A stretch of DNA of 64,000 bases from Candidatus Latescibacterota bacterium (GTDB taxonomy: Bacteria > Latescibacterota > UBA2968 > UBA8231), in contig CBDETK010000013.1 of the NCBI GenBank assembly GCA_965242865.1, positions 1,568,001 to 1,632,000 of the forward strand. The letters run 5' to 3'. Position numbers and translations under genes: made by a program. Position 1 is the first letter of the stretch. The number at the start of each line of letters is the position of its first letter. Positions 8,701 to 16,749 of the stretch are shown one piece after another. The notes beneath the pieces are model-generated. The model did not search any database, was not told the DNA's origin, and saw nothing but the letters and a program-made list of their open reading frames with translations.

Positions 8701-10937
8701 CTAAGCAGCCGTTGCCGGTAGTCGGCGGTTCCGGCCGCCTTCGCCAATCGCTTGCGTGCTTCCCGCACCGAATTTACCCGGAGCGACGAGGGAAACACCT
8801 GCACTCGGTTCTCCTCCCGGGTCAGCAGTACTGCCTCCTCAAGCCAAGAGACAGCGGTCCGTACGCGGGTATCGTCCGTGGCCGAGTCCCGTTCAAAGAC
8901 CTTTTCCTCGTCCTCGCCGAGGACCTCGCCAGCCGTGGCCACGACCTCGCCACTCAGACGCTTTTTCCGGTCCAAGTTACGCAGTGCTCGCAGGACGCCG
9001 TGGATTTCCCGCCGGGTGAGCTGCGAACGCGCCGATAGGCTGAACTGCCGCTCCACGTCGTCCCTCGCATAGAGCAGTACGCAGCGCGCCAGCTGCCGGT
9101 CGCGGCCGGCGCGGCCGGCCTCCTGTATGTAGTTTTCCAGCGATCCCGGGATGTCGGCGTGGATCACCAGCCGCACGTCCGGCTTGTCAACGCCCATGCC
9201 GAAGGCATTGGTAGCCGCGATCACGCGCAGTTCACCGGCGATAAAGGACTGCTGGACGCTCTTCTTGGTCTCCGGCGACAGACCGGAGTGGAAGTAGTCC
9301 GCCGCGAGTTCCTTGTTCTGCAGGAACTCGGCCGCCTCTTCGGTCCGCCGTTTCGTCGCACAATAGACAATGGCACCTCCGGGCGCGTCCGGCGGCAGGT
9401 CATTCATTAGGATCTGATGGATATGCGCGAATTTCTCGCTTCCGGTCGTCGGCACCACGGTGAACTCCAGATTGGTGCGCTGGGCACCGCCATCAAAGAC
9501 CTTTAGACCTATATCAAGTTCGTCCCGAAAATGCTGTTTGATGTCCTCTACTACGTCGGGTTTGGCGGTCGCAGTCAGGCACAGCACCGGCGGGATCGGC
9601 GCCGGTGTCGCCTTTTCGCGGATGAAGCGTCCGACGTAGCGATAATCCGGCCGAAAGTCGTGTCCCCACTTCGAGAGGCAATGGGCCTCGTCCAGCACCC
9701 AAGCCCCGATCTCGCGTTGATCGAGCACGCGGCGCAGGGAATGGTTGCGGAGCTGCTCGGGCGAGATGATGAGCATACCGGCGTCGCCCAAACGCACCCG
9801 GTCCAGCGCATCGGCCCGCTCAGGCATGGACAGCAACCCGTTGATGGCTACGCACGAGCCGATTCCATGGGCCTCCAGCCCCGCCACCTGATCCGCCATG
9901 AGCGCGACCAAGGGCGAAATCACTACCGAGAGCGCACCGGTTTTGTCGTAGCGGGACAGGGCCGGAATCTGGTAGCAGAGCGACTTACCAGTTCCGGTGG
10001 GCAGAATTGCGAGAACGTGTTCGCCAGCCATTGCCGCCTCAACGATGGACTGCTGCATAGGCTGTTGTTTGTCCTCGTCCTTCGGGTCTGGGCGAAAGTC
10101 GGTAAAGCCGAACCACCGCTTAAGCTCCTTGCCAGCGTCGTGTCTCTCTCGGCACCAAGCGCAGTCCGCCGCGCCGCAGGGCCTATCCCGCAGTCGGCGA
10201 ATCAACTCACCGGCTTCTGGAAATTGATGTCGAACCCACGGCGGCATCACGGAGTTGCCGCCGGAAACCGACAGCCAAGCCAGCGCGAAAGCGAGCGGCC
10301 AGCCGCTTTGGGCGGCATTTTCGAGCACCTCCCGACCGCAATTCTGACAGGCGATGTCCCCAAGTTGCTCGCGGATCGCCGCCTTTGCTTCCGCGTCGCT
10401 TGGCCGGGGCGCATCCCGGATGGCGGCGAAAACAGCGGCAAACCCCGCGCTGTTGGGTCCCGTCCCGGTCAGCCAATGCCACGCGGCGAGCAAGCCACCC
10501 GGCGCAGCGCGCAACGCGGTTTGCTGATTGTCGAAGACTTCTAGCGCGAGCCGAGCATCGAGTTCCGGGTCGTTCAGACGCCCGCGTTTGAGCGGTCCAT
10601 CCTGATAGTGCTTGACGAGGTGGTGATAGGGATTGCGGGGAAAGGCCAGCGGATTGAGCCGCAGCGTATCCACCATCGGCAGGTTCAACAGTTGGAGACC
10701 GGGCCCGACCGCCTTCAGATGGGGTAGATCGAACGCGAGCAGGTTGTGGCCGAGCAGAAAGTCCGCGCCCGCAGCAAATTTGTCGAGCACCGCCAACGCG
10801 GCCGCTAAGTCGCCGCCTTGGAAGACCAGCGGTTGCTCCACGTCTCGGCGCACCGCGGCGAACGCCCGGATGCGGTGATCCTGCTTGCCAACTTCGAGGT
10901 CGAGCGAGAGGCCACGCGACGAAAGGCTTGGATTCAT
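5763..10937 (-). CDS. Multidomain DNA helicase: DEDD-like exonuclease + RecQ (SF2) + UvrD/Rep (SF1) + C-terminal HIRAN-like region
   Basis: N-terminal LDLE / GHNLLAFD / DPELD; RecQ motifs PTGTGKS, DEAHCLSKWGHDFRPDY, ATNAFGMGVDK, QEAGRAGRD; UvrD motifs AGPGSGKT, VDEYQD, VGDDDQNIY, NYRS, HRAKGLEF, RRLYYVAMTRA. Confidence 0.9.
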   Translation of the reverse strand: MNPSLSSRGLSLDLEVGKQDHRIRAFAAVRRDVEQPLVFQGGDLAAALAVLDKFAAGADFLLGHNLLAFDLPHLKAVGPGLQLLNLPMVDTLRLNPLAFPRNPYHHLVKHYQDGPLKRGRLNDPELDARLALEVFDNQQTALRAAPGGLLAAWHWLTGTGPNSAGFAAVFAAIRDAPRPSDAEAKAAIREQLGDIACQNCGREVLENAAQSGWPLAFALAWLSVSGGNSVMPPWVRHQFPEAGELIRRLRDRPCGAADCAWCRERHDAGKELKRWFGFTDFRPDPKDEDKQQPMQQSIVEAAMAGEHVLAILPTGTGKSLCYQIPALSRYDKTGALSVVISPLVALMADQVAGLEAHGIGSCVAINGLLSMPERADALDRVRLGDAGMLIISPEQLRNHSLRRVLDQREIGAWVLDEAHCLSKWGHDFRPDYRYVGRFIREKATPAPIPPVLCLTATAKPDVVEDIKQHFRDELDIGLKVFDGGAQRTNLEFTVVPTTGSEKFAHIHQILMNDLPPDAPGGAIVYCATKRRTEEAAEFLQNKELAADYFHSGLSPETKKSVQQSFIAGELRVIAATNAFGMGVDKPDVRLVIHADIPGSLENYIQEAGRAGRDRQLARCVLLYARDDVERQFSLSARSQLTRREIHGVLRALRNLDRKKRLSGEVVATAGEVLGEDEEKVFERDSATDDTRVRTAVSWLEEAVLLTREENRVQVFPSSLRVNSVREARKRLAKAAGTADYRQRLLRIAETLIDADPDEGISTDALMGVSGLSAEGVRGALFDLERLGIASNDTALTAFVHAGVKHSSQKRFAAAAELETALIAQLRELAPDMGKGDAAPLHLRVAAQTLRDAGVADPLPERLRRIIRSIAYDGRGEGGDAGSLGVRQRDAETVQVTLRREWADLEELASRRREGAKLLLNHLLACLPPGSRGVDLLAETTLGKLLEAISSDLFLKSKSRNIEKLLDRALLWLHEQEVIRLNKGLAVFRPAMTIRLAEAEGRRGFAKADFAPLELHYKGQVRQIHVMAEFAERALDDIAEALHLAIDYFSLKEEDFLRRWLPQRGEEIARETTPESWRTIVESLKNPIQQRIVADDRDQLVLAGPGSGKTRVLVHRIAYLVRARREDPRGILALAYNRHTAVDIRRRLVDLIGDDARRVTVLTCHALAMRLVGVSFQERERHLLDDDEFQQVLRQAVALLRGEGLEPEDADDQRERLLAGFRWILVDEYQDIGAEQYELISALAGRTLDEDRKLTLFAVGDDDQNIYAFNGASVAFIRRFEADYGPKPTYLTDNYRSTGHIIASANAWIEPARQRMKTGHPIRIDRARAKEPPGGDWGALDSVAQGRVQILPAQRGPIAQAWIALTELLRLAALSPDWDWSKGAVIAREWKYLEPVRAFCEVHRIPVQMGNEAIPSFWHLRETRVLVEWLRGRETRIVGSADLRGWLAAQRPGPWNDLLGQALDEFALETSDAEMPVDHFIEWLAEWGRDVRRRQRGLLLLTAHRAKGLEFDHVAVLDGGWNKINKGEDPDAPRRLYYVAMTRARQTLALVRFQGSRPAVGTTRPDFVKEPESPAYLGRLHSLPHAFPNNGSVLHRTPGGSPPETSELSRQYRRPSLREVDLGFAGRRRANHQVHRAIAALAPGDRLAMRLAKTGAWELLDRSGTVVGQLARAFEPPPRTRCRSAAVFAVVAWSRAASDPQYHDRVQCDAWEVVVPELVFEPAYE

Positions 10938-10963
10938 AGTGATATTCCGCTTCTTTATCCCTT

Positions 10964-11893
10964 ATGCCGCCCACTCCTTGTCCATCCCCGCCCCTCTTTC
11001 CCGGGTTTGCCGCATCCCGCCTCGCCCTCGCCGACCAAGTCGAAATGGCGTACCTCGACAATGGCTGCGCTGGGGGCCATCCTCCGTTGGTGCTGTTGCA
11101 CGGCGTCTTTGACAACAAGGCCACGTGGTTCCGATTGGCCAGCCGCCTGCCCGGCCGCCGCCTTATCGCCCCCGACTTGATCGGCCACGGGCACAGCAGT
11201 AAGCCGCGTTTTGCCGCCCACCCGGCGCACGAACGCTACTCGCCGGACATGCAGGCCGGCTACCTCGCGGCCTTTATCGCCGCCCTCGGCTTGGACGACG
11301 CAATCCTCTTGGGCAACTCGCTCGGCGGCGGCTTGGCCCTGCGCCTGTACCTCAACGTTCCCGAGCTCGCGGCCAAAGTGCGCGGCCTGGTGCTCATTGA
11401 CGCGGCCGGCTACCCGCACACACTCCCCCTGCACGTCCGCTCCCTCGGCCGCTATCCGGGCACGCTGTTGAGCTACGCGCCAATCCACGCCTTGGCCCGC
11501 GCCTCCGGCCTGTTGCGCTTGGCCACTTGGCGCACCTTCCGACGCTGCTTCCACGACCGCGGCAAAATCCCCCCCGAACTCGCCGCGGTCGCCCGCGCCG
11601 CCCTAGCGACGCCCAACGCCGCGTATGCCTACCACTACGCAGCGCGCAACCTCATCCCCCCGGACGTAGCGACGTTCCACCAGCGCTTTGGCGACATCGC
11701 CTGCCCGACCTTGGTCTTGTGGGGCCGGCAGGACCGCATCCTACCCGTGCATTCGGCCCAGCGCTTCGCCGCGGCCCTGCCCTGCACCGACCTCCACATC
11801 TTCTCCAACTGCGGCCACGCCCCCCACCTCGAATGCCCCGACGAGACAGCCGCCTGCATAGAGCAGTGGTTGCAAAAGCACGCGATTCGCTAG
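10964..11893 (+). CDS. Alpha/beta fold hydrolase
   Basis: LLHG, PDLIGHGHS, GNSLGG nucleophile elbow, WGRQD, CGHAPHLE. Confidence 0.9.
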   Translation: MPPTPCPSPPLFPGFAASRLALADQVEMAYLDNGCAGGHPPLVLLHGVFDNKATWFRLASRLPGRRLIAPDLIGHGHSSKPRFAAHPAHERYSPDMQAGYLAAFIAALGLDDAILLGNSLGGGLALRLYLNVPELAAKVRGLVLIDAAGYPHTLPLHVRSLGRYPGTLLSYAPIHALARASGLLRLATWRTFRRCFHDRGKIPPELAAVARAALATPNAAYAYHYAARNLIPPDVATFHQRFGDIACPTLVLWGRQDRILPVHSAQRFAAALPCTDLHIFSNCGHAPHLECPDETAACIEQWLQKHAIR

Positions 11894-12017
11894 CGATTTG
11901 TCTTTGAGTACGCCTTTGCTGGTGTTGCCGATGCGTCCGGGATCATATCTGCAACTATTATCCTGCACCGGCGTCTAAGTCTAAGCGACAGAAACCCTTT
12001 TGATTAGGAGAGACCCC

Positions 12018-12233
12018 ATGCCACTGTATCGCCACCCAGACGCCTCCGGTGCCCCAGACGAGATCACCGTGATCGAGGATCGGGGCATGCTCGGGCGCGA
12101 CCGACCCAGTTTTGAGTTTATTGACTCGCATACCGTCAAGGCCCATCCCTTCATTATCGAAGCCCTAATCGCAGACTCCGAACGTTTGTGGACTCTCGGA
12201 GAAATACTCGCCGATGTGGAGGAGCACCCCTGA
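12018..12233 (+). CDS. Small acidic hypothetical protein (71 aa)
   Basis: AGGAG RBS before ATG 12018; protein-like composition; no family recognised. Confidence 0.5.
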   Translation: MPLYRHPDASGAPDEITVIEDRGMLGRDRPSFEFIDSHTVKAHPFIIEALIADSERLWTLGEILADVEEHP

Positions 12234-12345
12234 GCCACGACGTAAAACACCTGCCATACATCCCCCGTCCTCTTCCGCTTCGGCAAAACCCAGTCCTCCC
12301 CTAGCTCGGCCACACCCCAACCATTCGATTTCTACGGAATCGCGG

Positions 12346-13731
12346 TCAGTCGTAATCCGGCCCGCCGACCGGCCCCAGCAGCGTGCGATTCTCGGCCGGC
12401 GTCTGCACCTCGTCGAGAAAGTCCGCCAAGGCTTGTTGCATCCGCCGGGCGACCGCTCCATGCACCCCGATCACGTTCTGCTGCTGCTGGGGGTCGGTCT
12501 GCATGTCGTACAGCTCGGGAGCACCGCCGTGCTCGCCATGCGCCAAGTAGGTCCAGCGCTCGTCGGTCACCGTCGGCCCGCCATTGCGGATAAAAGGCGA
12601 GCTGAAGGCGTATTGCCGCGGCCACGCAGCCGAGCCGGTCAGCAGCGGCACCAGCGAGTGCCCGTGCATGTCGCTCTTTTCCACGCCCGTTAAAGCCATC
12701 AGCGTCGGCAGCAAATCCACCGATTGCGTCAACGCACTCACTCGCTGTCCGCCCGCGACCTCGGGGGCGGCAATCATCAGCGGGATGTGGCTAAGCTCTT
12801 CGTACAGGGGCCAGACGCGGTCGTCCTCTGGGTGGATGTTGGACTTGCCCGTGCGGTTGTGTTCGCCGACGAACATGCCGTGATCCGAGGTAAAGACCAC
12901 CGCGCTGTTGTCGAATAGCCCGAGCTCCTCAATTTTGTCCAACACGTAGCCGATCCACTTGTTGACCAAGTAAATCTCAGCCGCGTAGTGGGCTTGGAGG
13001 TTGGCCAGTTCTCCTTGGGTATAGGCCGTTGCCGGGCCGTAGTTCGGGTGGGTCATCGGCGGGCCATCGTACCCGGATGGGTCGTAGCGGCCCACGAGGT
13101 GTTCCGGCGGGTCCCACGGCTCATGCGCGTCGAAGAAATCCACCCACAGCAGGAAGGGCTCGCAGCCGCGATTTTCTTCCAGCCAGCGGCTCGCCATCCG
13201 TGCCGTGCGGACGCAGAAGCGATCTTCTTCCCAAGCCCAGTCGCGGTTGGTCCACGCATGCAGGGTCGCCAAATTGCCAAAGCGCGTCTTTGCCAGATGG
13301 GGATCAACCCGCGTCTTGGCCCCGGCCACCTCCATGCGCGGTGGCAGATCGCCCTTCAACAGCGGCTTGTCTCCCTCCTGCCCGCGAATCCAATACGCCC
13401 CATCAAATCCCCGATCAAAATGGTGGACGCCCTTCATCAGATGCGGCGTATCGCAGATGAGCTGGCTCTGGTAGCCGGCCGCGCCGAAAATCGTGCTCAG
13501 CACCGGAATGCCGGCGTCGAGGGGTTGCCAGCCGTGGAAGGGAAAGCTGTAGCGGCCGGTGAAGAGATCGGTGCGGTTGGGGATGGTCGGAAAGCTCGAC
13601 AAATAGTGCCGGTCGAAACACACCGCCCGCTCGGCAAAGCGATCGAGCGCGGTGGTGCCGATCCACCCATTGCCGTTGCACCCCAAATAGTCGTAGCGAA
13701 AGGTGTCGCTAACCAAGACGATGATGTTCAT
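12346..13731 (-). CDS. Sulfatase-fold (alkaline phosphatase superfamily) hydrolase with Thr at the nucleophile position
   Basis: NIIVLVSDTFRYD, FPTIPNRTDLFTGRY, DAHEPWDPP, FTSDHG, ELYDMQTDP. Confidence 0.88.
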   Translation of the reverse strand: MNIIVLVSDTFRYDYLGCNGNGWIGTTALDRFAERAVCFDRHYLSSFPTIPNRTDLFTGRYSFPFHGWQPLDAGIPVLSTIFGAAGYQSQLICDTPHLMKGVHHFDRGFDGAYWIRGQEGDKPLLKGDLPPRMEVAGAKTRVDPHLAKTRFGNLATLHAWTNRDWAWEEDRFCVRTARMASRWLEENRGCEPFLLWVDFFDAHEPWDPPEHLVGRYDPSGYDGPPMTHPNYGPATAYTQGELANLQAHYAAEIYLVNKWIGYVLDKIEELGLFDNSAVVFTSDHGMFVGEHNRTGKSNIHPEDDRVWPLYEELSHIPLMIAAPEVAGGQRVSALTQSVDLLPTLMALTGVEKSDMHGHSLVPLLTGSAAWPRQYAFSSPFIRNGGPTVTDERWTYLAHGEHGGAPELYDMQTDPQQQQNVIGVHGAVARRMQQALADFLDEVQTPAENRTLLGPVGGPDYD

Positions 13732-13767
13732 AGAAGCAGTCCTCCTTTTTTAAGCCTCGCGAGGGAG

Positions 13768-13797
13768 CAAAGGGGCGAATGATTATTCGCCCGTATT
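13768..13797. repeat. REP-like palindrome family A, copy 1
   Basis: caaaggggcgaatgattattcgcccgtatt; hairpin gggcgaat/attcgccc; second copy at 20711. Confidence 0.6.
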
Positions 13798-13833
13798 CAC
13801 TCCAAAAGATGTCAATTTCGCATTTGTGCATGA

Positions 13834-14739
13834 TCATTCCGGCTCTCCTGCGGCCAACGCCCGGCGTAACGCCCCCTCCAATTCGGGGTACGCAAATTCA
13901 AAACCAGCTTCCAACAGCCGCGTCGGCCGCACCCGCTGGCTGGCCAGCAACCCCTCCTCGGCCAACTCGCCCAAAAGCAGCTTGGCGACCCACGCCGGCA
14001 GCGGCAACCGCGTCGGCCGGCGCAGCACGCGCCCCAATGTCCGCGTCAGCTCGGCGTTGGTCACCGACTGTGGCGCAGTTAGGTTCACCGGCCCGCGCAA
14101 GGCGTCGTGTTTTACGGCGTACATCAGTGCCGCCACCGCGTCCTCCAAGCCAATCCAGCTCACGTACTGCCGGCCATCGCCGACCTTGCCGCCCAGCCCC
14201 AAGCGGAAGGGCAACAGCATCTTGGCCAAGGCCCCGCCCTCGCGGCTGATTACGACGCCTAAGCGAGCGTGGACGACGCGGATGCCAGCCTCGGCTGCCG
14301 CCGCACTCGCCCCTTCCCATGCCATGCCCAACTCGGCCAAAAACCCCGCGCCCGGGCCGCTCTCTTCGTCGAGCACCTCGTCGCCCCGATTGCCGTAAAT
14401 GCCAATGGCCGACGCGCTGATCAGCGCCGCTGGGGGCGCGTCCAGCCCGGCCAAGCGCATGGCGAGCAACTCAGTGGTCTGCACCCGACTCTGGCGCAGC
14501 TCATCCTTGACGCGGGCCGTCCACCGCCGCGCCGCAATGTTCGCCCCCCCCAAATGCACGACCGCTTCCATCCCCTTTAGAGCCGCTTGCTCCAGCTCGC
14601 CAGCTTCTGGGTCCCAGCGCACCTCTCCGCGTGCGGACGGACGCCGCACCAAGCGCACCACCGCGTGCCGGTCGCGCTCCAATCGGCGACAAAGGGCCGT
14701 ACCGATCAAGCCGCTGCTGCCGGCTACCAATATCTTCAC
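13834..14739 (-). CDS. TIGR01777 family NAD-dependent epimerase/oxidoreductase
   Basis: AGSSGLIG, LISASAIGIYG, GLGGKVGDGRQYVSWI, GPVNLTAP, LLASQRVRP. Confidence 0.93.
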   Translation of the reverse strand: MKILVAGSSGLIGTALCRRLERDRHAVVRLVRRPSARGEVRWDPEAGELEQAALKGMEAVVHLGGANIAARRWTARVKDELRQSRVQTTELLAMRLAGLDAPPAALISASAIGIYGNRGDEVLDEESGPGAGFLAELGMAWEGASAAAAEAGIRVVHARLGVVISREGGALAKMLLPFRLGLGGKVGDGRQYVSWIGLEDAVAALMYAVKHDALRGPVNLTAPQSVTNAELTRTLGRVLRRPTRLPLPAWVAKLLLGELAEEGLLASQRVRPTRLLEAGFEFAYPELEGALRRALAAGEPE

Positions 14740-15866
14740 TTGCAGTCTCCTTCCCCCAACTCAGGCGGTAAATCGTCTAATTGCGGCACCACCGCACGCA
14801 GCACCCTGGCCAAGGCTTGCCGCTCGGCGGCGGGTCCCACGGTCAGGCGAATGCAGCGGTTGAGCGGGGCCACGCCCGGCATCCGCACGAAGACTCCGTG
14901 CTGCAAAAGCACCTGCATCAGGCTGTGCGCCCGCGGGCTGCTGCCCACGTCGAGGGCCACGAAATTGGTCGCCGAGGGCACTGTTTTTAGGCCCAAGGCC
15001 GTTGCGATCTGGGCGTACTCTCGCCGGCCTTGCTCGACTTGCCGCACCACGTGCCGCACGAACTCATCGTCGGCCAGCGAAGCCAGTGCCCCGGCTTGGG
15101 CAATGCGGTTGACGCCAAAGTGATTGCGAACCTTGTCGAGCGCGGCCACCACGCGGCGGTGCGCCAGCGCGTAGCCGATTCGGGCCCCGGCCAGACCGTG
15201 CGCCTTGGAAAACGTCCGCAACCGCACCACTTGGGCCTGCTCCACCTCCAGCGGCAGGTGGGCGGAAGCGGGCGCGAAATCGCTGTACGCCTCGTCGAGC
15301 ACCAACGCGCAGCCCGGTGGCAACTTTGCGATACAATCCCGCACCTCGTCGGCCCGCTGATAGGTGCCCATGGGGTTGTCTGGGTTGGCCACGTAAAGCA
15401 GCTTGGGGCGCACCTGCCGCGCCTTGGCCAACAGGGCCGGCAAATCCTCCCGATCGGCGCGATAGGGCACTTTGTGCAACACCGCGCCGTGTCCCTCAAC
15501 GTGGTAGTTGAACGTGGGATAGGCCCCCAGCGAGGTCACGACTGAGTCGCCCGGCTCGGCAAACAGGCGCACCAAAAGCCCCAAGAGTTCGTCAATGCCC
15601 GCACCCAAGGCGACCTCGTCTCGCGCCACCTCGTGCCGCACCGCCAGTGCCGAGCGCAGCTCGTACCCCTCCGGGTCGTTGTACCAATGCACTTGATCCA
15701 CCGCCTCCACCATGGCCTGCCGCGCCCGCGGCGAGATGCCGAAGTTGCTCTCATTGGCCCCCACCCGCAGAGCGAGCGGCTGCCCCTGCTGCCGTTCGAG
15801 GGCCTCGGGCGGCACAAAGGGGACGGTCGGCGGCAGAGCGCGGACGATGCGCGTGAACGGCAGCAC
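14736..15866 (-). CDS. PLP-dependent class I/II aminotransferase (HisC-like)
   Basis: GANES, NPDNPMG, LDEAY, RTFSKAHGLAGARIGY. Confidence 0.9.
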   Translation of the reverse strand: MLPFTRIVRALPPTVPFVPPEALERQQGQPLALRVGANESNFGISPRARQAMVEAVDQVHWYNDPEGYELRSALAVRHEVARDEVALGAGIDELLGLLVRLFAEPGDSVVTSLGAYPTFNYHVEGHGAVLHKVPYRADREDLPALLAKARQVRPKLLYVANPDNPMGTYQRADEVRDCIAKLPPGCALVLDEAYSDFAPASAHLPLEVEQAQVVRLRTFSKAHGLAGARIGYALAHRRVVAALDKVRNHFGVNRIAQAGALASLADDEFVRHVVRQVEQGRREYAQIATALGLKTVPSATNFVALDVGSSPRAHSLMQVLLQHGVFVRMPGVAPLNRCIRLTVGPAAERQALARVLRAVVPQLDDLPPELGEGDCK

Positions 15867-15869
15867 GGG

Positions 15870-16694
15870 TTAAGACCACACGTAGATTTCCTCGTCGTCT
15901 TCGGCATAGCCAATGAAGACGGCGAGCACCACGCGCGGCTTGTCCCCCTGCACTGCGGGGACTTCGTGGATGCAGCGCGTATTGAAGAAGTACAAGTCGC
16001 CCGGCTCGAGCGCGATCGCGCAGTGCTCCACGCCGTGCGCGGTCGCATAGTCGTGAAAACGGCCGGCGGCGATATGCGGCTGGATCGCTTCGGTCCACAG
16101 GCAGCGATGCAACACGGCTTGCACCCCAAGCCCCGCAGAATCCGCATTTTGCACGCACAACACGCCGGCGAATTGGTGGGTAAAGCGCGCCACCGCAAAG
16201 TTGAATCGCTTTTCGCGCAGGACCACGTGGTCGATGTGCGGCTGATAGGCATGGGACTCGTAGTGGATGCGAAAGATGGCGGGGCCGTACAAACGCCCGT
16301 CGTGCTCGCACGCCGTCTTAACCACCTTGTCGGGCGCCAACGCCTGCAAGTGCCGATAGAGTAGTTGCACCGGGTCGCGCAAGCCGGCGAAAAGGGTGGC
16401 AAAAAGCGCGTGCGTCTCCTCGGCATGGGCCAAAAACGCCGCGGGGTCGCCGCCCAAGTTGCCGAGGCTGGTGCCGATGTCAATGCGCGTGCGCTCGTCG
16501 TCTGAGGCGCGCAGCAATCCGCGCTCGCCAAAGCGCGCCATCAGCCGCTGGCAATCGGCGGGTGAGTAGATCTGGGGCAGCAGAATCGCCGGTATGTCCG
16601 CCCGGGCCAAGGCGCGCAGCGGGTCGTCGCATTCGTCCGGGCCTACGGGCCGCCAAGATGGGCTTGCGGCGTTTTCTGGGTACGTCGTCGGCAT
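15870..16694 (-). CDS. 2OG-Fe(II) dioxygenase-like protein
   Basis: HxD (PHID) and distal GDLYFFNTRCIHEV..R. Start set at ATG 16694 with AGGAG RBS. Confidence 0.75.
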   Translation of the reverse strand: MPTTYPENAASPSWRPVGPDECDDPLRALARADIPAILLPQIYSPADCQRLMARFGERGLLRASDDERTRIDIGTSLGNLGGDPAAFLAHAEETHALFATLFAGLRDPVQLLYRHLQALAPDKVVKTACEHDGRLYGPAIFRIHYESHAYQPHIDHVVLREKRFNFAVARFTHQFAGVLCVQNADSAGLGVQAVLHRCLWTEAIQPHIAAGRFHDYATAHGVEHCAIALEPGDLYFFNTRCIHEVPAVQGDKPRVVLAVFIGYAEDDEEIYVWS

Positions 16695-16749
16695 TGAAAA
16701 CTCCTGTGGATAGTGTTGCGCGGCAAAATTCAATGAAGGCTTCCTTTTA

